Assembly (NCBI GenBank): GCA_045568115.1
Contig: JBJLBO010000004.1
Span: 66,809-130,808, forward strand
Direction of reading: 5' to 3'
Length of the DNA stretch: 64,000 nucleotides
Origin: Candidatus Thalassarchaeaceae archaeon
GTDB lineage: Archaea; Thermoplasmatota; Poseidoniia; Poseidoniales; Thalassarchaeaceae
The notes beneath the pieces are model-generated. The model made no database searches. It saw only the letters and a program-made list of their open reading frames with translations, and was not told the origin of the DNA. This document shows, piece after piece, positions 1 through 10,378 of the stretch; the stretch's first letter is position 1, and the number at the start of each line of letters is the position of its first letter. Both the position numbers and the translations under genes were made by a program.

Positions 1-109
1 TATGATAAATCGTGTATTAGGCGATTTACCAGACGACAAGATAAATGAGTTCGTCGAATCGCCCGATTTTACATTATTCCAAACTATGAGTGAATTATAC
101 GGTGCGTGA
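1..109 (+). CDS. 3' end of a hypothetical protein running in from the left edge
   Basis: Open frame from position 2 (..MINRVLGDLPDDKINEFVESPDFTLFQTMSELYGA*), TGA at 107-109, 4 nt before the next ATG. Confidence 0.55.
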   Translation, partial: MINRVLGDLPDDKINEFVESPDFTLFQTMSELYGA

Positions 110-113
110 ATTT

Positions 114-905
114 ATGGGATTATTAGAGAAAGCAAGCAATATTCAGAATGAAGATGCATCGCCTCCGACTAAGGTTATTGAACAATCTAAACCAGCACCT
201 ACTCCAATTCAAGAAGTTGTAAAGGAACCGGAAGCGAAGGCAAAACCTGCGAAAAAGGTAAAGGCAAAGAAGACACGTGTAAAGAAAGAGAAAAAACCTA
301 GAGTGAAGAAAGTAATGCCTGAGGGCTTCGAGCTCGCAACTACTGGCCAGAAACTTACACGAAAATTAGTTGATTTCATAGTTAGTTACGGCTGGTCTGT
401 CCCTATTATCGCAATTACTGCTTGGGGTTCTTATTTTAATCCAACAATCTTTGTCATTTTGGGCCTTGTTTTGATGGGCTTTAATTTGTTTTTCATGCCA
501 AGCCGAACTTCTCGTACGGTCGGTAATTGGATTAGTCGCACTCGGTATGTCAACACGAGAGGCGAATCGCCATTCTGGTTCTATAGTTCAATCAAAGGCT
601 TAACTTTCGTTTTCATTATTATGGGTACAATTTCATTATTCACCATTATGAGTGAGTTACCTGAGACTACAATGGGCCAAATTTTCATGGCCATAGGGAT
701 ATTACTCTTAATTCCCCCACTTGTGGATTATATCATGTACAGGGTAAGAGGAGACCTTGGTTTGTGGGATTCCTTGTTCGGCGGAGTATGGTTAGTTCGA
801 ACGACAAAGTCCAAGGAAGCCAAGGGTTGGCTAAAACGTCTAGAGTCAATTTCTGATTGGACCGAATCTAAGGGTCTTTTGGATGAGCAAAAAGAAGAAA
901 GTTAA
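114..905 (+). CDS. RDD-family-like membrane protein with Lys/Pro-rich N-terminus
   Basis: Four hydrophobic segments; RDD-like motifs (RKLVDF, TVGNWISRTRYV, GLWDSLFG); ATG at 114 preferred over the ORF-track start at 90. Confidence 0.6.
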   Translation: MGLLEKASNIQNEDASPPTKVIEQSKPAPTPIQEVVKEPEAKAKPAKKVKAKKTRVKKEKKPRVKKVMPEGFELATTGQKLTRKLVDFIVSYGWSVPIIAITAWGSYFNPTIFVILGLVLMGFNLFFMPSRTSRTVGNWISRTRYVNTRGESPFWFYSSIKGLTFVFIIMGTISLFTIMSELPETTMGQIFMAIGILLLIPPLVDYIMYRVRGDLGLWDSLFGGVWLVRTTKSKEAKGWLKRLESISDWTESKGLLDEQKEES

Positions 906-1973
906 TCATTCTAAATGTGTAGAATCATCATCTTCTTGCATCTTAGCAAGTTCTCTCATGTCTTCATGAGCAACGCCTTCTTCGATAGCATCTTGATCCG
1001 ACTCATCAACTATCTCAACTCCAAGAAGAGTTTCGATTATGTCCTCCATTGTCACAAGACCAACGGTTCCTCCAAAATCATCCTTGACGATTAGGAGTTG
1101 AACTTTGTTTTCAAGCAAGATATCTAGGGCTTTATCTACAGAATCATCGAATCTGCACCTGAATACTTTTCTTGAGAACTCTAACATTGTCGGAGTGAAA
1201 ACATCATCAGCTGCTTTACGTAGAATTTCGCTTCTCAAGATAAATCCACGAATTGTATCAACATCCCTCTCGTATACAGGCATCCGTCCATATACCATGA
1301 TTGGTATTCTTTTCATGACATCTTCAACTGTTTCTGATGCTTCAACACAAGTCATAACGACCCTTGGAGTCATTATTGATTGAACTTGCAAATCTCGCAA
1401 ACGTAATAGATTCTGGATTACAGCCTCTTCATCTTTCTCAATTATGTCCGATTCTTCTGCAATGTCTGCCAGAACTAACAATTCATCACGTGTTACAGTT
1501 TCTGTTTGAACATCCGGTAACATCCCCCTGATTCGTTCAACAGGCCATACAATGACCCATGAAATAATTATTAGCATTCGAAGCATAAAACCTGAAGAAA
1601 CCGTCATCTTTCTCCAGTAAAGTGTACCAATTGTTTTTGGTAAAATTTCCGACAGTAAAAGAATTCCCATTGTTAGTAATGCTGAAGCAATTGCAACACC
1701 ATATTCTCCGGGGTTGAGATGCTCCACTTGTGTACCTACACCTAAGGCCCCAACAGTATGTGCAATTGTGTTAAGAGTGAGGATTGCTGTTAATGGGCGC
1801 TCCGGGTCATCTTTGTAACCTACCCATAGTTCACTAGTCTTCGGGTGTTTCTCAGCTATACTAATGATATGTCCTCTAGTTGTGGACAAAAGCACAGCTT
1901 CCAAGATGCTACAAAGGAATGAAACACCTAGTGCCAATACAGCATATGCTGCTATTAATGACCATGTACTCAA
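906..1973 (-). CDS. CNNM/DUF21 + CBS domain protein (hemolysin/CorC-like Mg2+/Co2+ transport family)
   Basis: SFLCSILEAVLLS, ILTLNTIAHTVGA, SEILPKT (DUF21); IMTPR, GLVTMEDIIETLLG (CBS pair). Confidence 0.9.
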   Translation of the reverse strand: MSTWSLIAAYAVLALGVSFLCSILEAVLLSTTRGHIISIAEKHPKTSELWVGYKDDPERPLTAILTLNTIAHTVGALGVGTQVEHLNPGEYGVAIASALLTMGILLLSEILPKTIGTLYWRKMTVSSGFMLRMLIIISWVIVWPVERIRGMLPDVQTETVTRDELLVLADIAEESDIIEKDEEAVIQNLLRLRDLQVQSIMTPRVVMTCVEASETVEDVMKRIPIMVYGRMPVYERDVDTIRGFILRSEILRKAADDVFTPTMLEFSRKVFRCRFDDSVDKALDILLENKVQLLIVKDDFGGTVGLVTMEDIIETLLGVEIVDESDQDAIEEGVAHEDMRELAKMQEDDDSTHLE

Positions 1974-2132
1974 AGGAAATTCACCTCTGAATCCTGATTT
2001 AGATTCGGACGATATTGGGCTTCTTGATTCATGACGAGTCTTCGTGCTCCAACATTACTGCGAGCGGCGCATGCATAAATAGGTGGTTGTCTCGCAGATT
2101 CAATATAGAATATTGATTTGGGGGCCAAATGA

Positions 2133-4298
2133 GTGGAATACGTTACTATTTTCATGGCTTGGCCTTACGCCAACGGACCCTTGCACCTTGGTCATGTTGC
2201 TGGGAACTGTCTTCCTGCCGATATACAATATCGATACGAAAGGGCTAGAGGACGTCGCGTACTGATGTGCAGTGGATCTGATGAGCATGGTACTCCGATT
2301 ACCGTGAGCGCGGAAGAACAAGGAGTACCCCCTCAAGTTGTTGTCGATGAATTCCATGAAATTAACTCACGCGCGCTCGCTGGTCTAGGCTGCTCTTGGG
2401 ATAATCACGTTGATTCCCGTGGGGTTGAATTCGGTGGCGCTTTGTATAATCGTACCACAGACCCACGTCACAAAGAATTAGTTCAAGACATTTTCATCCA
2501 ATTGAATGATGCAGGATTATTGCAGAAGAAAATCATGCAGCAATATTGTGAGATTAAGTCAGAGGGAGATGTAAGATTCCTCCCTGACAGATATGTAGTT
2601 GGTGAATGCCCGCAATGTGGCGAGGACGGCGCTCGTGGTGACCAATGTGATGAATGTGGTGCGACATATGAGGCTAGTGAGCTAAATAATCCACGTTCCA
2701 AATCAAATCCCGAGGCGGCAATTGAAGTCCGAGATACTGTGCACTTGTTTTACCGGTTAGATTTGTTCCAGCAGGATTTAGAAGAGCACGCACAAATGCG
2801 ACAACAAACCTGGAAGCCGAATGTCAAGGCAATGACTCAAAATTGGTTGCAAATGGGTTTACGTCCGAGAGCAGTAACTCGTGACATGGAATGGGGTATT
2901 GAGATTCCATTAGAAGATCCAGAGTGGGATAGCAAGAGAGTTTACGTATGGTTCGAGGCTGTTCAGGGTTACTACACATGTGCAAGAATTTGGGCAGAAA
3001 GATTTGCTGGTGAGCATGTTGAGGGTGATGATGCATGGGAGAATTGGTGGGTCGAGAAGGATGGTCAGAGTCTCAAACATCTGTATTTCATGGGTAAAGA
3101 TAACATCCCATTCCACACCATAATTTGGCCTGCGATTTTGATGGGATTAAACAAAGACCGGGATAAATCGAAGCAACTTCATCTTGAAGACAATGTCCCT
3201 GCAAATGAATTTTTAATGTTGAAAGGCGGTCAATTTAGTAAATCCCGAAAACACGGTGTATGGCTTCCTTCTTTTCTAGAAAGATATGATCCAGATTCCT
3301 TGCGATATCATCTGACGATCAATATGCCTGAGGGTCACGACACAGATTTCCGATGGGAAGATTTTGTCGAACGCGTAAATAACGAATTGATTGGGAATTA
3401 TGGAAATTTCGTACATCGGGTCATGACTCTCACTCATCGGTTATCAAATGACGGCGAAAATCCATTGAATGAATTTGATACATTATCAAATCATTCTGAA
3501 GTCATTACAAATTGTAGAAATCTACTTGAATCGGCCATGCAATCGATGGAAAAACAGAGATTCAAAGAGGCTCTTCGTTCGATTATGGGGATTGCCCAAC
3601 AGGGTAATCTTCTCCTTCAGAATTCCGCTCCTTGGAAATACCTGAATGCCGAACCCTCTAAAGAACGTGACAGTTCTCTCTCAAGTCTATCTATGGCTTG
3701 GAGACTATGTCGAACTCTTGCTATTGCTACGAGGCCTTTCATGCCATTCCAATCTGACAAATTATGGCTCATGTTAGGTGAAAAAGAACGTCTCGATTCA
3801 TTGACCTGGGATGAAGCAATCGAATATGAATCTCCATTGGGATGGAATCAGGAAAAACCACAACCTCTATTCAATAAACTAGATTTAGATGAAATTCTGA
3901 CTCACGAACAGTCTCTTGCTTCGGATAGTAACGACAATGAAGCAGAAGCTTCTAGAGGTGATGGGGCGAGTTATATTCAGTTTGAAGATTTTATTAAAGT
4001 TGAGATGAGAACTGGGAAAATCCTCACCGTAGAAGATCACCCCAATGCTGACAAATTGTATGTCATTACTATCGAAGACAATCCCGGTTCAACTAGAACA
4101 GTATGTGCCGGATTGAAAGAAATTTACCAACCCGAGGACTTAGTAGGTCTGAATGTTGTTTTTGTCGCGAATCTTGAGCCTAGAAAATTAAGAGGCATTA
4201 TGTCTGAAGGTATGATTCTTGCAGCCGATGACGGTGATGGAAAAATTTGCGTTTTGACGCCGGAAGGAGAAATTAGACCAGGTTCTGAAGTTCGTTAG
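2133..4298 (+). CDS. metG: methionyl-tRNA synthetase
   Basis: PYANGPLHLGH (HIGH), Zn knuckle CPQC/CDEC, FSKS (KMSKS variant), C-terminal Trbp111/EMAP tRNA-binding domain. Confidence 0.97.
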   Translation: MEYVTIFMAWPYANGPLHLGHVAGNCLPADIQYRYERARGRRVLMCSGSDEHGTPITVSAEEQGVPPQVVVDEFHEINSRALAGLGCSWDNHVDSRGVEFGGALYNRTTDPRHKELVQDIFIQLNDAGLLQKKIMQQYCEIKSEGDVRFLPDRYVVGECPQCGEDGARGDQCDECGATYEASELNNPRSKSNPEAAIEVRDTVHLFYRLDLFQQDLEEHAQMRQQTWKPNVKAMTQNWLQMGLRPRAVTRDMEWGIEIPLEDPEWDSKRVYVWFEAVQGYYTCARIWAERFAGEHVEGDDAWENWWVEKDGQSLKHLYFMGKDNIPFHTIIWPAILMGLNKDRDKSKQLHLEDNVPANEFLMLKGGQFSKSRKHGVWLPSFLERYDPDSLRYHLTINMPEGHDTDFRWEDFVERVNNELIGNYGNFVHRVMTLTHRLSNDGENPLNEFDTLSNHSEVITNCRNLLESAMQSMEKQRFKEALRSIMGIAQQGNLLLQNSAPWKYLNAEPSKERDSSLSSLSMAWRLCRTLAIATRPFMPFQSDKLWLMLGEKERLDSLTWDEAIEYESPLGWNQEKPQPLFNKLDLDEILTHEQSLASDSNDNEAEASRGDGASYIQFEDFIKVEMRTGKILTVEDHPNADKLYVITIEDNPGSTRTVCAGLKEIYQPEDLVGLNVVFVANLEPRKLRGIMSEGMILAADDGDGKICVLTPEGEIRPGSEVR

Positions 4299-4837
4299 TC
4301 AGGTTTATCAAAAAATTCCCATTGTATTTCTGCGAGTTCTAAATTATCTTTAGCCTGCGAGTATGCTTCTAAAGGCTCGTAATTTAATCTAAAAAATTCA
4401 TCACTGAATTTGAATGGCCCTAGAATTTCCCTAGCTTGTTCCCATTCTCCTAAAACTATCAGTGAAACAGCGAATGCTTCAGCATTAGATAAACGACCAG
4501 GCTTGCCCCATGATACAGGATTTGCAGCTAGTACTACAGGTAATGTACGCCCCTCTAATCTTGTTTTTCGTGAAAGATAACTTATCGAATCATCAATTTG
4601 TTTCCATGAACAATCTAATCCAACTATTGAGGTGCCCTTTACAATTCTTGATTTATCATCAGGACCTAATAATACGCCAGCAAGAGGATCGAGGAGGAAT
4701 CCTGTCCTTGGTGATTTTCTAATATCTGTGTGCAATTTGATTAATCCGTATCGATGCATTTTTCTTGAAGTGCATTTTTTAGGATCATCTTGGTTGAGAT
4801 GTATGACATGAAGAGGAATTTTTCCCACTTCATTCAC
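4295..4837 (-). CDS. tsr3: 16S/18S rRNA aminocarboxypropyltransferase Tsr3 (DUF367)
   Basis: QDDPKKCTS, LDCSW, RTLPVVLAANPVSWGKP, LSNAEAF; start codon uncertain (GTG 4837). Confidence 0.9.
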   Translation of the reverse strand: MNEVGKIPLHVIHLNQDDPKKCTSRKMHRYGLIKLHTDIRKSPRTGFLLDPLAGVLLGPDDKSRIVKGTSIVGLDCSWKQIDDSISYLSRKTRLEGRTLPVVLAANPVSWGKPGRLSNAEAFAVSLIVLGEWEQAREILGPFKFSDEFFRLNYEPLEAYSQAKDNLELAEIQWEFFDKPD

Positions 4838-5321
4838 TTCTCCGGAGTAGATCATCATAAACATCGCCAATCGTCATCGAACGTGAAGTTGAAGTGCCTG
4901 CTTGTCTTGTATTATCAGCTTCGATTTCTATGAATAATTCAATTGAAAGTACCTTCTCAATCTTCTTGATGAGATTATCTGTAGGACGGTTTCCATTTTC
5001 AGTTCTCTGAACAATGTTCAGCCTTTCATTCATTCGTCGAGCAAATTCTCTTTGATCCCACCCCTTATCTTTCCGTGCATTACGTATTCTAATATGGAAG
5101 TCGGGTGCTAACTCTTTGTCGGGCTTAGTCAAAATACTCGAACTCCGCCTGATGTTTGATTTAGCCACTAATGATTTAGTTCGTATTTCAGATGGTTTAG
5201 GGGTTGGTTTTTCCAATCCTAATCTATCAATACAACGACTGCAGGCATCAACTCTAGCTCCCGATGCCTTGGTGCGGAACGTTCCGACCTTGTCTGCACC
5301 ACATAACTCGCATGTTCCCAT
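4830..5321 (-). CDS. mbf1: archaeal multiprotein bridging factor aMBF1
   Basis: N-terminal CELCG..CSRC Zn ribbon, Cro-type HTH, C-terminal TIGD motif; adjacent to PAN. Confidence 0.9.
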   Translation of the reverse strand: MGTCELCGADKVGTFRTKASGARVDACSRCIDRLGLEKPTPKPSEIRTKSLVAKSNIRRSSSILTKPDKELAPDFHIRIRNARKDKGWDQREFARRMNERLNIVQRTENGNRPTDNLIKKIEKVLSIELFIEIEADNTRQAGTSTSRSMTIGDVYDDLLRRSE

Positions 5322-5396
5322 TGATTGTCGGATATGGCATCATATCATCATATCTTCGGAGACAAAGTATGAAGTCAAAGTCCCAAATCGAAGAAC

Positions 5397-6632
5397 ATGG
5401 CAGGTGCTTCCGATACCGAGGATCTACCTCACAGCGATAATTTTCATTCACAAAATGTTGATGAAATAGGGTTGGACGAATTACGAGAAAAATTTTCTGA
5501 ACTTTCTGGCTTATCACAACAGCTGATTACTGAAAAATTATTCTTAGAGAATGAATGTACACAACTGAAGAAAAGGGTTTCTCGATTAGATGAAGACATT
5601 AGGAATCTTAAATCCCCCCCTTTGATAATAGGGCATATTCAAGACATTATTGGCAATCATGCAATTGTTAGGAGTTCAAACGGAACTGTATTCCAAGTAT
5701 CTGTTAATTCACGCTTAAATAGCGATTTATTGAAGCCAGGCGCTAGAGTTTCACTTAACCAAGATAATCTCTCAATTATTGATGTTCTTAGTGACTCTTG
5801 GGATCCTCTTGTATCTACTAGCGAAGTTATCAATAAACCTACAATAACTTACGACGATGTTGGTGGCATGAGTGAACAAATCAAAAAATTGAAGCAATCA
5901 ATCGAATTGCCATTAACTAATCCTTTAGCTTTCAAGGACATGGGTCTAGAACCACCAAAGGGATTACTACTTTCAGGTCCACCAGGAACTGGGAAAACAA
6001 TGCTTGCTAAAGCTGTTGCAAATGCTACAGATGCAACATTTTTGGGTATAGTTGGTTCTGAACTAGCGCAGAAATACATTGGCGAGGGCGGGAGGCTTGT
6101 ACGAGAATTATTTGATTTAGCAAGAGAAAAAGCGCCATCAATAATTTTTATTGATGAAATTGATGCTATTGGCTCTAAAAGAATGGATACATCTACTTCT
6201 GGCGATAGGGAAGTTCAACGTACTTTGATGCAATTATTAGCTGAATTAGATGGATTTGAATCACTTGAAAACGTCAAAGTTATTGCTGCAACAAATAGAC
6301 CGGAATTACTAGATAAAGCACTATTACGACCTGGTAGATTTGACCGAATTATCGATGTCGGTTTACCCGATCTTAATGGAAGAAAACATATTCTTGAAAT
6401 CATGACAAAAGATGTTAATGTATCGCCATCCGTAAATTTAGATAATCTAGCCAAGAAATCAGAAGGATTTAGCGGTGCTGAAATAAAGGCTCTGATTTTA
6501 GAATCGGGAATGCTTGCTATCGATGATAAATCCAAACAAATCACAAATTCGCACTTCGAATCAGGACTCAAGAAGATTCACGAAAATCGCTCAGATCCCA
6601 TATTTGGCGATCCTTCTGGGCTGTATGGTTAA
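5397..6632 (+). CDS. pan: proteasome-activating nucleotidase (AAA+)
   Basis: N-terminal coiled coil + OB fold, GPPGTGKT, KYIGEG, FIDEID, DREVQRT, SRH ALLRPGRFDR, HbYX-like LYG C-terminus. Confidence 0.95.
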   Translation: MAGASDTEDLPHSDNFHSQNVDEIGLDELREKFSELSGLSQQLITEKLFLENECTQLKKRVSRLDEDIRNLKSPPLIIGHIQDIIGNHAIVRSSNGTVFQVSVNSRLNSDLLKPGARVSLNQDNLSIIDVLSDSWDPLVSTSEVINKPTITYDDVGGMSEQIKKLKQSIELPLTNPLAFKDMGLEPPKGLLLSGPPGTGKTMLAKAVANATDATFLGIVGSELAQKYIGEGGRLVRELFDLAREKAPSIIFIDEIDAIGSKRMDTSTSGDREVQRTLMQLLAELDGFESLENVKVIAATNRPELLDKALLRPGRFDRIIDVGLPDLNGRKHILEIMTKDVNVSPSVNLDNLAKKSEGFSGAEIKALILESGMLAIDDKSKQITNSHFESGLKKIHENRSDPIFGDPSGLYG

Positions 6633-6670
6633 GCATAAGACTCATCACCCACCAATATCTCGTTGCGTCA

Positions 6671-7708
6671 ATGACTTCTCGTTGGATTGAATGCGTCCCG
6701 AACATCAGTGAGGGCAGAGATCAATCAATCATAGACAAAATCGTCAGTTATGTATCTACAAGCTCGAACGTCGCAATACTTGGCTGCGAGCCTGATCCCG
6801 ATTACAATCGTACTGTAATCACTATTGCGGGAGAATACAAGGATGTAGCAGAAGCAGCAATAAAATTAATTGAAAAATCTGCCGATTTAATTGATATGAG
6901 GAAGCATGAGGGAAATCACCCTCGCATTGGTGCCGTCGATGTTTGCCCCTTTGTTCCGATTAGTCCTGACACGGATGATGATTGTATTAAAGCATCAAAA
7001 ATGGTCATTGAACATTTTTCTAATACAATACCAATTTTTCTCTATGGTTCAATTGCTTCCCACCCATCTAGGATTGCCCTTTCCGCATTACGTAAAGGGC
7101 AGTATGAGGGATTGAAAAGTCGCTTCATGAATGGCGAATGGGAATTAGAAAATACAAGAATGCCCGATTATTGGTCAGGTTCTTGGAGTGAGGTTGAAGC
7201 AAGGTTTGGTGCAGTAGCTATTGGAGTGAGGCCCGTTTTGGTTGCCTACAATGTGAATGTCGATGAAGAAGCACCGATTGCATCTAAGGCTGCAGGGTCG
7301 ATAATTAGAACAAGTGGACGATTATTAAAGAATGGTTTTGGTGGAAAAATACGCATTAATGGTATGCTTAATGACGTTCAAGGCATGGGTGTCCCTTTAC
7401 CTGCTCATGGTATTTGCCAGGTTTCTATGAATCTACAGAATTATGAAGAATCGCCTATGCATATTGCCTATGAATTAATCAAATCAATTTGTAAAGATCA
7501 TGACGTATCTGTGAAGGGGAGTGAATTAGTCGGCTTAGTTCCTCTCGCTGCGATTTTAGAAGCCGGAAGATGGTATAGTGAAGGAGATTTATCTGATGAA
7601 AAACTCATTAAATCTGCTGTTTCAGGATTGGGGTTAGATAGTCTAGAAGAGTTCGTACCCGAAGAAAGAATTATTGAATGGGCCATTACAAATAAGTTAG
7701 GTGATTGA
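6671..7708 (+). CDS. ftcD: glutamate formimidoyltransferase
   Basis: IECVPNISEGR, DYNRTV, HPRIGAVDVCPFVP, QVSMNL, GSELVGLVP. Confidence 0.93.
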   Translation: MTSRWIECVPNISEGRDQSIIDKIVSYVSTSSNVAILGCEPDPDYNRTVITIAGEYKDVAEAAIKLIEKSADLIDMRKHEGNHPRIGAVDVCPFVPISPDTDDDCIKASKMVIEHFSNTIPIFLYGSIASHPSRIALSALRKGQYEGLKSRFMNGEWELENTRMPDYWSGSWSEVEARFGAVAIGVRPVLVAYNVNVDEEAPIASKAAGSIIRTSGRLLKNGFGGKIRINGMLNDVQGMGVPLPAHGICQVSMNLQNYEESPMHIAYELIKSICKDHDVSVKGSELVGLVPLAAILEAGRWYSEGDLSDEKLIKSAVSGLGLDSLEEFVPEERIIEWAITNKLGD

Positions 7709-8320
7709 ATGAATAATGGATATAGAGAGGTCTTAGAGGAAATCTCTTCTGAGAATGCAACCCCTGGTGGAGGAGCTGTTTCTGCAATGGCTATTGCTCA
7801 CGGCATCGCCCTTGCTCGAATGGTTGCAAAATTGACTATAGGTAGAGAAAAATGGCAACAAGGTCATGACTCTGCATCAAGATTCCTCGTTAATTCCGAC
7901 GAATGGATTGATACTTCAATAAGACTGTCTGAAGAGGATTGTATAGCCTTTGAATCGGTAATGCAAGCATATCGTATGCCTAAAGGTAGTGAGCCGGAAA
8001 AAGAAATTCGGAGTCTCGCAATTAAACAAGCAAATTATGATGCAACAAAATCTCCATTAGAAATAATGGAATTTGGGTTAATTGCTCTTAAATCAATACA
8101 GGAAATGTCCCAAACTTGCAATTCTAATGCTATTACTGATTTAGGCTCTGCAGTTCACATAATCTGTTCAGCATTAGAATGTGCATCACTGAATGTTTAT
8201 GTCAATTTAGTGTCTGAGCCTGAATATTCTAGTGAATTTAACGTCAGAGTTGAAGAAATTATTTTTTTGTCCCAACAGATTAAGTCTGAAGTCTCAAAGA
8301 TAGTAATGGAACGGATGTGA
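7709..8320 (+). CDS. formimidoyltetrahydrofolate cyclodeaminase
   Basis: TPGGGAVSA, AYRMPK, NAITDL, LNVYVNL; directly follows ftcD. Confidence 0.88.
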   Translation: MNNGYREVLEEISSENATPGGGAVSAMAIAHGIALARMVAKLTIGREKWQQGHDSASRFLVNSDEWIDTSIRLSEEDCIAFESVMQAYRMPKGSEPEKEIRSLAIKQANYDATKSPLEIMEFGLIALKSIQEMSQTCNSNAITDLGSAVHIICSALECASLNVYVNLVSEPEYSSEFNVRVEEIIFLSQQIKSEVSKIVMERM

Positions 8321-8324
8321 TTTT

Positions 8325-10338
8325 TTGAGCATTTTATCATTCAATGAGCAGATCCGAATTGGTATTCCCAATAAACTACCTGAAATGCCTGAGTTTGAAG
8401 ATTCTATAGCCAGAGCTCCATTTCGCCCCGAGGTCCTTTCTTCGAATGAGAAATTACTTGCTATTGAAAATGCATTACGATATTTTCCCAAAAAATGGCA
8501 TACCAAATTATCCAAGGAATTCTATGCAGAATTAGTAAATGAAGGGCATATCACAATGCATAGATTCCGTCCTAAATACTCCATGTATGCCCGCCCAATT
8601 AATGATTATCCTAGTGAATGTGTTGCTGCTGCTGGAGTGATGTTGATGATCCAGAATAACCTTGATCCACGTGTAGCTCAATACCCATATGATTTGATCA
8701 CTTATGGCGGTAATGGAGCTGTATTCCAAAATTGGGCTCAATACCTACTTACAATGTCTTATCTATCTAAAATGAGTGAAAAACAAACATTAGTTATGTA
8801 TTCAGGACATCCTCTTGGTTTATTTCCATCAACTCTTGAAGCACCCCGTGTTGTTATCACAAACGGTATGGTAATTCCAAATTATTCTACACAAAATGAC
8901 TATGAAGTTTTCAATGCACTCGGTGTATCTCAATATGGACAAATGACCGCTGGGTCATACATGTATATCGGACCCCAGGGGATAGTTCACGGTACAACAA
9001 TCACAATTCTAAATGCGGCCCGTAAATATCTAGGGAAAAATGATGATGGGCTCGGAGGTGTATTATTTGTTACTTCTGGGTTGGGAGGGATGTCTGGTGC
9101 TCAAGCAAAGGCGGCAGTAATTTCCGGAGCTGTATGTGTAATTGCTGAAACAAATAAAATTGCTGTTGAGAAGCGCTTAGAACAAGGATGGTTAAGTGAA
9201 TATCATTATGATGTAAATAATGTAATTGAAAGCGCCAAACGAGCGATTTCAACAAAAAAAGCGATTTCTATAGGCTATATAGGCAATATCGTGGACTTAC
9301 TTGTTGCACTTGATGAATACGAACTAACACCCGAATTAGGCAGTGATCAAACTAGTTTACACAATCCATGGCTAGGAGGTTATATTCCAACAAATTACAG
9401 CCATGCAGAGGCTTTACAATTGCTAAAAGACAACCCTAGTAAATTCAAATCGGAGGTTGAACGTACATTAAGAGAACATTCTTCTGTAGTAAATCGTTTG
9501 TCAGAAAAAGGAATGCATTTCTGGGATTATGGTAATGCGTTTCTCTTAGAAGCAAGAAAGGCTGGAGGGGATGTCATTAACCCTAATGAACCGGGTAAAT
9601 TTCGCTATCCTTCCTATGTTGAAGACATTATGGGGCCTATTTGCTTCGATTTCGGATTTGGTCCCTTCCGATGGGTTTGTACATCTTGTGATGAAAACGA
9701 TCTGAAGAAAACAGATGAAATTGCAATAGAGATACTGCAACTTCAAGCAGAAAATGCAAATTCCGATATTAAACAACAAATTTTAGATAATATTCGTTGG
9801 ATAAAAGATGCTGATAAACATCAACTAGTTGTAGGTAGTAAAGCACGTATACTATATGCAGACGAAAAAGGTAGAAAGGATATTGCCAGTGCTTTTAATA
9901 CAGCAATTAAAAATGGCTACAATCACCGCTCCAATAGTATTAGGTCGAGATCATCATGATGTATCAGGTACTGATAGTCCCTTCCGTGAGACAGCAAACA
10001 TTCACGACGGTTCTATGTTTACTGCAGATATGTCAGTACACAATTTCGTAGGTGATGCGTTCAGAGGTGCTACTTGGGTTAGTTTACACAATGGCGGCGG
10101 CGTGGGTTGGGGGGAAGTCAGTAATGGTGGATTCGGGATGTTAATCGATGGAAGTGCCCGTAGTCAGAATAACATCGATTCTATGTTATCATGGGATGTA
10201 AATAATGGAATTGCTAGACGAGCTTGGGCACGAAATCCTGGTTCTATTAGTACAATTATTAGGGCGATGGACTCTGATTCTAATTTGCTAGTTACAATAC
10301 CTAACTTGGTAGATAGTGAGATTTTACAAAATTTATGA
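8325..10338 (+). CDS. hutU: urocanate hydratase (long, UROC1-like type), interrupted by one +1 frameshift near 9918
   Basis: NNLDPRVAQYP, YGQMTAGSYMYIGPQGIVHGT, GLGGMSGAQ, SDQTSLHNP in ORF 8325-9959; continues in ORF 9856-10338 (GRDHHDVSG, WVSLHNGGGVGWG, WDVNNG). Removing 1 nt gives 671 codons. Confidence 0.93.
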
Positions 10339-10378
10339 CAATACTATCATTCAATAATAAATAAGGTGGGCGGAGGGT

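Noticed and set aside
9856..9959. Programmed frameshifting in hutU (and in the other three split genes)
   Set aside because: No slippery sequence or stimulatory structure is evident; four similar +1 events point to sequence error
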